From contig OZ316776.1 of the NCBI GenBank assembly GCA_973851085.1, positions 4,836,001-4,900,000 of the forward strand: a DNA stretch of 64,000 nucleotides, given 5' to 3'. The notes beneath the pieces were generated by a model, which searched no databases, had not been told where the DNA came from, and saw only the letters and a list, made by a program, of their open reading frames with translations. Position numbers and translations under genes: made by a program. Shown one piece after another: positions 25,726 to 36,870 of the stretch. The DNA comes from Ptychomitrium polyphyllum (taxonomy: Eukaryota). How positions within the stretch are numbered: the first letter of the stretch is position 1; every line of letters begins with the position of its first letter.

Positions 25726-26442
25726 GAAGTGGGGTTTTAGGATGAATAAGGTAGGCTCACTTGTTAGGAACAAGATTCTTTTTTATTATACCCTTTTCTA
25801 TAAGGTACCACTTCATCAGTCGCGCTGGCACTTCCAACATTTTGAGGTTGTGAAATTTGTGTGCTTATAAGTATAAGATTTTGTTAACACGGGTTACGAG
25901 GTTTTGGAAACATTTTAGAATAGATGTTTGACAAAGTCTACAAAACCTTTTAATTTTACCTTCCGAGTATTATCATGTACGAAAATATTAGAGGTAGATA
26001 ATCGAACCAAAATTCTTCTAATGTTACAGATTTTCTGCCAACATGCTCTGGCAAAACCAAGTATTTGAAAAAAAATGACTTATTCTATGATTACTCGAAA
26101 ACAACGACGGAATTTCGAATAAAATCTCATAGTAGTTTTTCATCCTCATCATAGCACTAAACAGGATCATGATTTAAGTTCCAATACAATAGCCACTAAT
26201 GAAAATTACAAGAGAATTGTGACACTATTCACATACTCATATCTCAAATCTGCAAAACTGAGATATTCAACTGGCAACAAATTTTATCTCATTTGCACAA
26301 ACCATTGATTGGTTTCCACCCCACCAAAATGCATATCAACTCGCAGAAAAATCTTACGTCGTATTTCAAACTTAATTTACAATCCATATAAGATTTACAA
26401 TAGCCCAAAACCAATTTGAAATAAATGATATAACTCAATTAG

Positions 26443-28126
26443 CTACTGCCCAATGTTCTTCATGTCCAACACAAACCGATACTTCACGTCATTCTTCTCC
26501 AGACGCTCCATTGCCGCGTTACAATCTGCCACAGATACCTTCTCAATCATGCAAGTAATGTCATGCTTGGCGCAGTAGTCCAGCATCTCTTGTGTTTCCT
26601 GAATCCCACCAATCGCACTTCCAGCTACCAGTTTCCGGCCTGCATTCCGAAACAGAACCCACTAATTAGTTCAGTGCAATGATTTTGAATAGGGACGTAC
26701 ATAACTCCAGTTTAACTTATTACAAAGGTTAACAGATCAATCCAAAAGATAACCTGAAGTGAGCTGCGCAGGCATAACGTCAAGTGCATGCTGGGGCATG
26801 CCGACAAGGCACATCTTTCCATTCGTCGTCAGTGTAGCGAGATAAGGGTTAAGCGAGTGCTGCACCGCTACTGTATCAATGATGAAGTCCAGCGACTTAG
26901 CCTTAGCCTGCCAATTGTAGAAATTCGTTAGAGAACTAGTTCTACTAAGAGAATAACCTATGCAGAAATTACGAGATAGGATTGTTTGCGTGTAGAGAAA
27001 CAAGGCCATCTGAGAAAACGAATCACGACACTCGGTACCTTCATAGCATTCTCGTCTTTGCTCACAACGAAGTCATCGGCACCCAAAATCTCCCGAGCCT
27101 CTTTTTCCTTATTGGGTGAGGTACTGAAGATAGTAACGTGCATCCCAAAAGCCTTTGCGAACTGGACAGCCATGTGGCCCAGTCCGCCCAAGCCCACCAA
27201 ACCAAACCGAGCACCCTTCACGTTCATGCCGAAGTACTGCATCGGGCTCCACACTGTAATTCCAGCGCATAACAACGGCGCTGCCGCATCTTTCGGGAGG
27301 TTGTCCGGAATGCGCAGCACAAACTTCTCGTTTGCAATCATCATGTCTGAATAGCCTCCATAGGTGGGAGTACCGTCGGGGTAAACGGCATTGTAAGTCC
27401 AAACGACCTTTTCGCAGTACTGTTCTAAGCCCTTCCCACATGAATCGCATTTGTGACACGAGTGCACCATGCACCCCACCCCAACCGTGTCACCAACTTT
27501 AAACTTCGACACCGAAGAGCCTACTTCTGTCACTGTTCCAATGATTTCGTGCCTGCACAACCACAAAGATAAAATCATCAGCCTCTTTCGAGGTCAAGAA
27601 CATGATAGCAACCCCACCGAAGCGGAGTACGCAAAATCGATACTGAAATCCATACAACAGATTATTAGGGCTCAACAATTTGTAGCAAGTAATCGATTAT
27701 CTGAATGGAAAACAAACAATGAGCTGGCGAATCCACCAACTTATTTTTTCAATGATCAAATGGAGTGGTGACGATGTATACCCAGGAACCATGGGAAACT
27801 TTGAACCTCCCCATTCATCGCGAATCTGATGCAAGTCTGAGTGACAGATACCGCAGTACAGAACCTTGAAAGCCACATCCTCTGAACCAACTGGCCTGCA
27901 CAGGAAAAATAATAAACCAAAGGTCATTACATTCCATTAACTGATGGAAAACTTGGAAAGAAAAACTGTCACAAAACAGTGGATAGTTTTGCAAGAATAG
28001 ACTATAAAAGAAAAATACGCTATGCACTACAACGTACTTGCGCGAGAATTTGAAAGGAGTCAAATGTCCTGATTTGTCCTTGGCAGCATAGCCGAACACC
28101 TCGTGAGCTCCGCCAGCTTCACCCAT
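26443..28126 (-). CDS. CAD: Cinnamyl alcohol dehydrogenase-like Zn/NADP alcohol dehydrogenase; 5 exons, 355 aa
   Basis: Exons 28126-28038, 27895-27782, 27552-27039, 26907-26754, 26639-26443 (1068 nt). Motifs YCGICHSDLH, PGHEIIG, structural Zn site CHKCDSC...YC, APLLCAGITV, GLGGLGH, STSPNK and DVKYRFVLD. Confidence 0.94.
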
Positions 28127-28997
28127 TCTGCTTCTACTTTCCTACTACCTCCAGACACAAAAGAATCCCACATCATAATTAGACAACAGGAAACGTTGTT
28201 TACATGAATCACACAAAACTGAATCCACCATCAACCAAGCCAACAAGACTTCGTTTACGAGGTTGACCAGATGACAACTCCTGATTCACTACGGTGTCCA
28301 TTAAAGGACAGCAATCGTCGTGGAATTCACGATCTACCTTGTCAGAAAGGACGAAGGCACAGTCTGCTTATCACGAAAGATCTGACAACACAATTGGGCA
28401 AACAAAAAGAAATCATCATCGCAACCTAGACACAGGATGTACAGTACCTGCAGTTGTACTACTCCCAGACTTCTAATTGCTTGAGCTTGCTCGTGACACA
28501 CGTTACAAAGTATAAGCACTAAAGTGCAGACCTATAGTCAGATGTTGGATATATGTTGTTGCAGCAGATAAAGATTTGGAAATGATTCACAGCAAGACGA
28601 GAGATGTATTATGATGGAAGAGAGATAGTGCTAGCACTGTGACAATAGATAGCAGAAGCTGGGAAGCTGGGACATAAATAGAGCGACGGCCATGCAGATG
28701 CCGAGTGACGTGGCTGTAATACACCGTCTAGAAGGTGGCCATGCACCAGCAAGTGTTGTTGATGATACCTTTCCACAATCTTTCTCACGAACCTTCCTAC
28801 CTTCTGAAGCTGCCCTGATAATCTCACTCCACCGCACTAGCACCTCGCCAGCCTCACACGAAACCAGGGACATCGGTAGGACTGGCCGCAAAACATTCCT
28901 GCTTTACCTCTTCACATTAGATTCAGAGGAGTCACACGGGCTCAGACAAAGCGAGGTCTCTATGGATCCAGGGTACTGTACTTTTTATTCTACATGG

Positions 28998-29147
28998 TAA
29001 AAGACCATATTGTTAGGAAGGAGTCTTTGAAATTCTTCTACTAATGAGGAACCCATATTGTATATTTATTCTAAAAGATCATATTGTTGGCAAAGAGTAT
29101 TTGAAACACTTCTACTAATGAGGAACCCATACTAATGAGGAACCCAT
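28998..29147. repeat. Diverged 74-bp tandem duplication with a nested perfect 17-bp duplication
   Basis: taaaagaccatattgtt... at 28998 recurs as taaaagatcatattgtt... at 29072. actaatgaggaacccat is present at 29040-29056, 29114-29130 and 29131-29147. Confidence 0.85.
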
Positions 29148-31772
29148 GCTAGATATTTGCTCTTTATGGCCAAGAATATTTGACATCTAATTGGGCTTTC
29201 TTGATTGACTAGAGTATTTAATAATTCATACTATGTGAATTAGAAACTCTAGCACAAATGATGCACCACATGATATATATTTTAGTATGATGAAAATTTG
29301 ATATATTCAAAGGTGTTTATATTTTATATTGTACAAGGTCTTGTATAAAAGATGTGTCTATGTACTTGTTACTTATATCTCGTGGGTATAGAAATAAAGT
29401 ATAGTTTTAAAAAATCATTTCATTTACAATAAATTTTTAAAGATTGTTCATAATGTTTAGATTATAATAGACTTATCTAAAAATTTATCTTTTTTAGTTT
29501 TAAAATACTTAAATAAATATTTAAAGTAACCAAAAATCATGATATGTTTTTTGTAAAATATTTAGAAATTTAAAGCTTTTTAATGATAGATTTTCTTATA
29601 TTAGTAGATTCTTTAAGAAAAAATTATGAAAAAGTAATATGTGTACTTTATATTAGCATACTCTTGGCTAATGTAGATGAAAAATTGGTTACTTTTAAGT
29701 TTTTATCTTATGCTAACATGATATATAAGTAAAAAATCTTGAAACATTTCATTGTCTTTGAAATAATTGTGAATCAAAAATAATATTAGAAGGCTTAAAT
29801 TTTGAAGCAAACACTTTGTCAAAACACTACTACTAATCATAAATGTTGTTGTTAAATAGTTATGGATTTTTTCTACATCTTGCATTGTTATTATCATATT
29901 GCTATATTTCTTTTAAATGGTATTGAATAAAGAAAGAAGCATATAATATTGAGCCACACTTTCAATGAAGAAAATAGAATAGAATGAAAAGCAAAATATG
30001 GCTTTTAAACAATTCAATCTTACCTTCAAATATTAAGAAGAATGCAATCCAAATTTCACAAGAATGAATCTAAGGCTATAAGAATTGGAACTAAGCGCTA
30101 TTTGGTTTATTACCATATTGTTAAGCAATATGGATATTCATAACATTTTTGAAGAATTGAAAAAATTGTCCTAAATTTTAAAAAAGAAGGAAACTAACAA
30201 CAAATGATAAATGAGGGTATATAGCAATGAAAAAATTAAGACATGAACCTAATTTAGTGACCTAACATACAAAATCTTACAATATTTGATGGAACAAGGT
30301 TTTGACAATAAAATGGTACCCTTAAGCAATATAATGACTTGAAATCACCTTTGAATGATGAAATGATTGCTTCTTGGACAGAGTGTTATTGAAACGTGTT
30401 AAGAAAAGAAGAAAATTGAAGCTATGGAATGTAACCATGCTCTGATTATGCTCGTAGAAACTGGATATTAGTTGCCTATTCTTGAAAGCGACATTAGGAA
30501 CACTTATATAGTTCATTCAATCAGCTAAGTGAACATAGATACAAAAACGTAATTTGTAGTTATAGCATACTGAACAAAAGGTGAAAAGAAATGATAAAAG
30601 GCAGTCTATGGATCACTAGGGTAACAACGCTATGCTTTCTTGTGACAGATGAATCTACACAGGTCTTAATATGTTTGGAATGATGAAAAGCCCTCCACAT
30701 ATCACAGCTACGCACATCGAGGAAAAAGTTTGCAGAACCTAGAGTTGGACCTAATCTGTTTCCAAAAACAAGATCTTGTCCTGCCCAGGTTTACATTTAG
30801 CCTTTGACGCATATGTCAGCAACCGACCCCTTGATGATGTCAGCTAAAAATGTCATACTGTACAATCTTATAAAGCTAATCGTTACTTCCAATTGGCAAT
30901 ACAGCGAGGTACTCCCCACGTGGCGCTCTGCTTGTCAGTTTGTTAATGCCAAAAGGTCCTAAACGTACGCACTGAGATCCGGGAATGCATTTGAGATCTG
31001 TTCACACGTTCACACGCCTGCATTTGAAGTGAGGCCTATGCAAGAGCTGTACATAAAACTACGAATAGACTACAAGATGGGAGGAAAGGCCCCTTCCAAG
31101 CTCGAGCTCATTAAAGTTCAATATTTGACGAATAACACATCTAAGACGATAAGACATTTTTAAAGAATTTATCACCAATTTAACTTTCGAGACCAATTTG
31201 CTTCTACCAGCAGCAACTAGTCTTTATAGATACATTTTTCATCCACAATTTTCATTCATGCTTTCTTAAAATGAAAACTTCTTATATGAACTTCTAATTA
31301 TATTGTAAGAATGAATGTGCCTCCTTAATTGCTTCCTACAGTCCAAATCTATCTTGAAGGTGGTTTTTCATTAGAAGTTTGAATTTGCATGATGACATCA
31401 TAAACAATGAAAACTTTAGCAAAGAATACTTCAAGATTAAAATATGTTGAGTTGTCATTACTTTAGAGCTTGTATAAATGTATTAAAATAAAAGTTTTGA
31501 AGTTTTAGTTTTTATTTGCGTAAATTTGCAAGCTCCAAAGTCAATTTCTAATTCTCACTTCATTCACTCTATCCATCTACAAAGTGTAGACATATGTCAT
31601 CATTCAAATTTGGTCTTTCAATAGAGAACCACTTTAAGAATACCACCAATAAATTTTTGAAAAAGGAAGATGGAACAATATAAATTAGAATAAAAAATCT
31701 TTTAGCCATTCAACATTTTAATAGCTATTATTGCTAAATGTAACTACAAAACAAGGCTTTAGGATTCAAGAA

Positions 31773-32417
31773 TGTGAAACAAGATAAGTCCAAATATATT
31801 AGAGGTATAGAGCTACAACAAGGTACAAACGACAAGGCCATAAGGCTTGAACTAGACCATAAGAAATGCGTCGTCGAGACTGAAGAGTTCTTCAGCCTCG
31901 ACTCTTATATATACTAGAATTATAAGCTTTAGAAGGTTCTTGCAAAGTTTCACCTATATTGCTTTATACTCAAGAAACCTTGAGTTGCTTTCTTGGAAGC
32001 TTCCTTAGCCGAGGCAACTTCTTTAAAAGCTTCTTTTGCCTAAGCAACTTCCTTGGAAGCTACCTTTGTTGAGACAACTTCCTTGGAAACTTCCTAAGCC
32101 AAAAGTAACTTCCTTGGAAGCTTCCTAAGTCGAGATAACTTCCTTAGAAGCTTCTTTAGCCGAAGTACCTTCCTCAGAAGCTACCTTTGTTGAGGCAACT
32201 TCCTTGGAAATTTCCTAAGCCAAAAGTAACTTCCTTGGAAGCTTCCTAAGTCAAGGTAACTTTCTTAGAAGCTTCCTTAGCTGAGGCAACTTCTTTAGAA
32301 GCTTCTTTTGCCAAAGCAACTTCTTTGGAAGCTTTCTAATCCAAGGCAACTTCTTTGGAAGCTTCCTAAACCTTTTAAGAACCTTTCTAGATGCTTCTAA
32401 TATATATGTTTGTAACA
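31773..32417 (-). mobile_element. Putative solo or truncated LTR of a retrotransposon
   Basis: On the minus strand it reads TGTTACA...TTTCACA (TG..CA ends), with a tandem-repeat block, then TATATAAG, then a hairpin, a U3-TATA-R-like order. No target-site duplication, PBS or PPT found. Confidence 0.35.
31995..32372. repeat. 30-bp minisatellite, about 12.5 units, with a 121-bp higher-order repeat
   Basis: Consensus ggaagcttccttagccgaggcaacttcctt. Units start at 31995, 32025, 32055, 32085 (31 bp), 32116, 32146, 32176, 32206 (31 bp), 32237, 32267, 32297, 32327 and 32357 (partial). Confidence 0.95.
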
Positions 32418-32831
32418 TGTATTATATCAATTCTATATTGTCTCTTAAAAAATGAAAAATTACTAATTTACATAAATTTTTTGAAAACCTATTGGTGTTA
32501 TAATTTATTTTTTTAACTTAGAAAAAATTTGGTTAAGTAAAATATATGTAGAAATCTTGCAATGTTTAGCTAAAATTAAATCCCTTGGCATATAATTTAT
32601 ACAACACATAAAATAAGCCCAAGTAGTTACTATTTATAATTATCTTGAAGAAATTTGGGATAATTACAAGGATTTGTATGGCATTTTCCAATACTTTACA
32701 AAAACATTATTTTGATATTTTTAATGGTACGATGTATTGATGAAGAAGATTAATTCATGTAGCAATAATCAATTGCATGCAACAACAACAAAATTGCTTT
32801 GCATTCATGTGTGCAAAGTGAAGGAAAACCT

Positions 32832-32915
32832 ACTTCATAGTGGGGTTCGAACTTGCGATTCCTTCCATAGGTCAGAACTTGAGTCTGGCGCCTTAGACCT
32901 CTGGGCTATGCTGCA
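32832..32915 (-). pseudogene. Degenerate tRNA-Leu(CAA), pseudogene or tRNA-derived SINE head
   Basis: Minus strand reads tgcagcatagcccagaGGTCTAAGGCGCCAGACTCAAGTTCTGacc...gcaaGTTCGAACCCCACt. The core matches plant cytosolic tRNA-Leu(CAA), with a long variable arm and B-box, but the acceptor and T stems do not pair. A TTTT run follows shortly downstream. Confidence 0.75.
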
Positions 32916-33672
32916 GATGCACCGATTATCGACTGAAAGTCAGACTTGTCGACGTTAGAACTGTTTGACTGCTGATTATAATGTAATATATTATAGGGGA
33001 AGTGAATAAAATGTAGAACTTCAGTCGTGGGAGTGGAATACTTGAGTATACTGGAGGCCATTACGATGTCACCTTTGCTGTTACTCGTGTTCATGGTCCG
33101 ACAATCTTCAGGCTAGGAGATCAATGTGCTTTTGCAAGTCGGGACATAATATGGCATCGCATGATCCAATCTTCGTTTTGTTGTTCTGGTTGGAATGTTC
33201 TAAGCTGAATTGTGAGGACACTGCGAGACCAGCAGAACAAAGCTATGGTTTTGGTGAAGTATCATAACAAGCAGCGTATGTCAATCTTACCATAGGGGTT
33301 GTTCTCATGTGGAGGAAATGGGCAACAGTTGTCCAAGTGACTGCGGTTCTATCCTCAGCTTCCCCTCATTGTCGACAGAAACCAATCTTCTCCTTAGGAT
33401 TTTTGTTTCCTGTCAATTTCTGAACTGCTCTCAAAATTTGTTGTGGAAGCTGGTAGTTTGGTGACCAGGGTCTGGCAAGAAGAACTACTGGGTTGATCAC
33501 TCTGATTTCCAAGCTTCATTGATCAGTTGTTTAACAAACTTATGTTCAGAATTCAACTGCTGCATCGCCAGCCTTTCCAAGAATTTGTTTTGCATGAAAT
33601 AAGTTGTAGGCGTTGAATCAGCTCACAGACAGTGAGCTAATTGATTGCGACAGGGGAAGAAACCTAACAAAA

Positions 33673-35992
33673 ATGGCACTCTTCAGACATAGAATTCTGT
33701 TCCGGCTTGTCGTGATCGTGTTCATTTCGGCCGCTCTAGAATCAGTTAAAGCCAATTTTTGGTTTCTAAAGGTGCCTGAAAGATTTCATGTTGAACTCAA
33801 TTGACAGCTATTGGAATTGAATTTTGGATTTCTGGAGAATCTGCTGGCTGATGATTTGAGTATAGCCCTGATAATCCTACGAACAGTTTACATAATCTTC
33901 TAGAAAACCCTGGAGGTTTGCGAAGTCCTGATAAGGTGATTTAAAATAGAACTTGCGCGGGTAAACGTCCCTATATCCCTTCAACTTCGTGATCGTTGCG
34001 GTTACAAACAGAATGGCGTCTTTTAGTACCTATCATAAATATTCTGGTTGAAGTTGTGAAGGGACTAATAATTGCGGCGTTGGCTCTAGGCAGTGCAGTA
34101 ATCTACCCTTTGGACTTTGTGTGAGGATGCCGATGTTTCCGTCGGAGGCCCATTTGGTGCCGCAGAAGAGCATCTTTGAATTCACTATGAAGGTATGACA
34201 TACTGACCCGATGTGCAGCCTCCGGCGTTGCGGATGAGCAGCTGGCATTTGAATTACTTGTCGTAGGAGTTGAGCTGGCTGAATGTCCTTGATCACAAAT
34301 CCAGTTGTGGATTAACTTGTTCACTTCCATATGCAAATCTGAGCATGTTTTAATCAGATTTCTCCAGAATAAATTGGCTAATTCCAGTGTCAAATAATCG
34401 TAATTTGTGAAATTTCTTTGACTGTTTCGAAGCAGGACATTGACGGATTGGATGTCAGTCTGAAGAAGTATGCGAATAACATTATAATTCTCTTGAATGT
34501 CGCCTCTTTGTGGTAACATACTTTTCTTTATTTACCAGCATGAGAATGATTAGAAGACATTCATGGAAACCGCAGTTTAAGACTTATGTGATCAGACATG
34601 TCAAAGGACATGTTTATTTTTTCTTGGATTCTGAGTTAATTGTGTGATTTTTGCGTTCATAATCTTTGCTTGCTGCCGTCAGATTACTTCTAGAATTTAT
34701 GACGGTTTGAACCTGTGCAAGAAACTTAGCTGATATTCAGCTTCACTGTTAAGATTCAATAATAAAATTTCGGTTCTTTTCAACACTGTAACGCAGCTGA
34801 GTGCATACTTGTGAATTTTGACTTCAGTGGACTCACACCCCGTAACTACACCGAACTACAGTATCTCTACGGCAAGTATAACAAAGATGGTACTTTCTCT
34901 ACCTCTTGACGCTCTCCCGTAGTTACTTTCTCTACGTCTAGACTTTCTTATTGCATATGCAACAAGCATATTTTGATCCTACGTTATGTCCTTGGTGCCG
35001 GGGTGAAGGTCTTGAGATCTTGGCATTCCCATGTAACCAGTTCGCAGAAATGGAGCCTGGAACGAATGCAGAGATCAAGGAGTTTGTTCAAGAAAAATAC
35101 GACGGAACTTTTCCTCTCTTCGCGAAGGTAAGTCACGTTGAGTTTCCGGTGCAGCTAGGTCATGGACCATAGTGAGAAGGATTATGAGATTCAGACTTGT
35201 GAGTTTTAGACGGAGATTCAGAAATTTCAGTATCATGCTTATACCAGACAAGCTTAGTGTTATGATACGGTATTCCTGGAATATGTATTACTTGGTACCT
35301 GTTTAGGCGTTCTACTGTAATTGAGTGCACTTCACAGGATGCGGATATTCTACTTCTATTGCTTTTCGAAGAGTTGCATGCAGAGTTGCTCTCAGTGTCC
35401 ATCAAGCTTGACAGGGACGAATCCCTTTCTGTGGTAGATTGAAGTGAATGGGCCCGACCAACATCCTTTGTTCAAGTTCCTAAAAGCTACTAGGAGTGGA
35501 ATTAGAGGATTCTACCGAGATAACATCAAGTGGAACTTTGCCAAATTTGTTATCGACAAGGATGGTGTCGTTATCGAGCGCTTTACTCCAACAACTTCTC
35601 CGAATATGATAGAGGTGCACAATTAGACATTCCCAAATTATCGTTCTTTGTATCGTAATCGAAATTTCCTCTACATCTTTCCTTTTTGCAAATCAATGAG
35701 AACTGCTGTCAACCCGTATCTTTAATTGTCTGCATGACAACAGAAGTTCCTGAGATCGTTGTTGTTCCCTCCTAAAGACAACGGTAGTGGTGGAAAGAAG
35801 GAAATACGTTCAGCACAGTGCAGTCGATTAGTTATAGATCATGCTGATTGTACTGGAACTTACTGGGAAACAGCCTGGGGTCCAAAGGGAGGGGAATTAT
35901 TCTGGGGTGAAGAACGTAAAATAGAAAGACCTCTACCGACCAAGAAACCTGATAGAAGAGGTTCCTTGCCTCCACCTCCCAGAAAGAGATAG
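33673..35992 (+). CDS. GPX: Glutathione peroxidase family protein, Cys-type and atypical, with putative signal peptide and C-terminal extension
   Basis: Core exons ...34192 (SIFEFTMK), 34436-34512 (DIDG...NVASL), 34828-34889 (CGLT..NYTEL), 35009-35127 ([12 protein letters not shown]), 35438-35614 (IKWNFAKF), 35744-35992. The 77/62/119-nt exon sizes match the conserved plant GPX structure as I recall it. First exon 33673-33771 ([27 protein letters not shown]) looks like a signal peptide, but its join to the core is unresolved. Confidence 0.88.
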
Positions 35993-36870
35993 GCATCAAC
36001 GTTATAGCATGTTAAGTCGTTCAATAGTAGTAGCATCTGAAATGTTTCGCCATTTGAGGAATATCGGTAGCTGCAACGTGAGAATTAGTGAGCAAACTCA
36101 TATTGTCCGAATGCTGTGTGCTGAATATCGTTTCTTAAAGTACCAGAAACACAACACGTACGTGATTCTGCAAGGTACGGTAAGATATATGAAGTGTGGA
36201 CTATCCGGCCAAACTTAGCCCTCGATAGAAGGTAGGACGTTGTACCATAACTGGCCTCGTCAACAAAGAACATGTTAATTGTGAAATGCTTTCTGGAATA
36301 GACTACCTGTGTCTCTCAAAAGGATTGGATGTAATCCTCAATGAAGAAAAAATCTTCGGCACTATAGCCTTCAGGATATCAAAAGTAAATGCATTTTTCA
36401 GTATAGCATACGTTAAGTACTACAGTACTTGGTAGTGAGGGTGTTCAAATACACTAATCTTGTTCAGGCAACTTGCAACATATCATCGTCAAACGCGAGC
36501 ATGCTGGTACAAAATAGCCTCCTTTTATGTTACTAAATGCTTGGTGCACTGGAGCACCTCGACGAGTCGACAAAGCAAAGTACAGGTTGACCACTTACAA
36601 TTGCCACAATCACTTTCTGAAATGTTGCCTCAATCCTACAAACTCAACTCACGTCTCAATTGGGTCATCCTCTTTGATACTAGGTGGCAGAGACACATCC
36701 GCCACCCAAGCTGCTTTTGGTCAAAACTGGTTCTCACTCCCAAACTTGATGGAGTAAATGGTTGACACAAGTGGAAAACTGTATGCCGGATTATTTCTGA
36801 GGAATGTGCTTGCAATCAAAGATGTATCACATGTAGTGATATCGGTCAGAGGAACAATATATTTAACGAT

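Noticed and set aside
31995..32372. CRISPR array, suggested by 30-bp palindromic repeats
   Set aside because: Units are head-to-tail with no unique spacers, there are no cas genes, and the context is eukaryotic. It is a minisatellite.
32832..34830. Selenoprotein system (tRNA-Sec next to a Sec-containing GPX)
   Set aside because: The tRNA-like anticodon loop is CT-CAA-GT (Leu), not TCA, and the GPX active-site codon splices to TG|T (Cys), not TGA.
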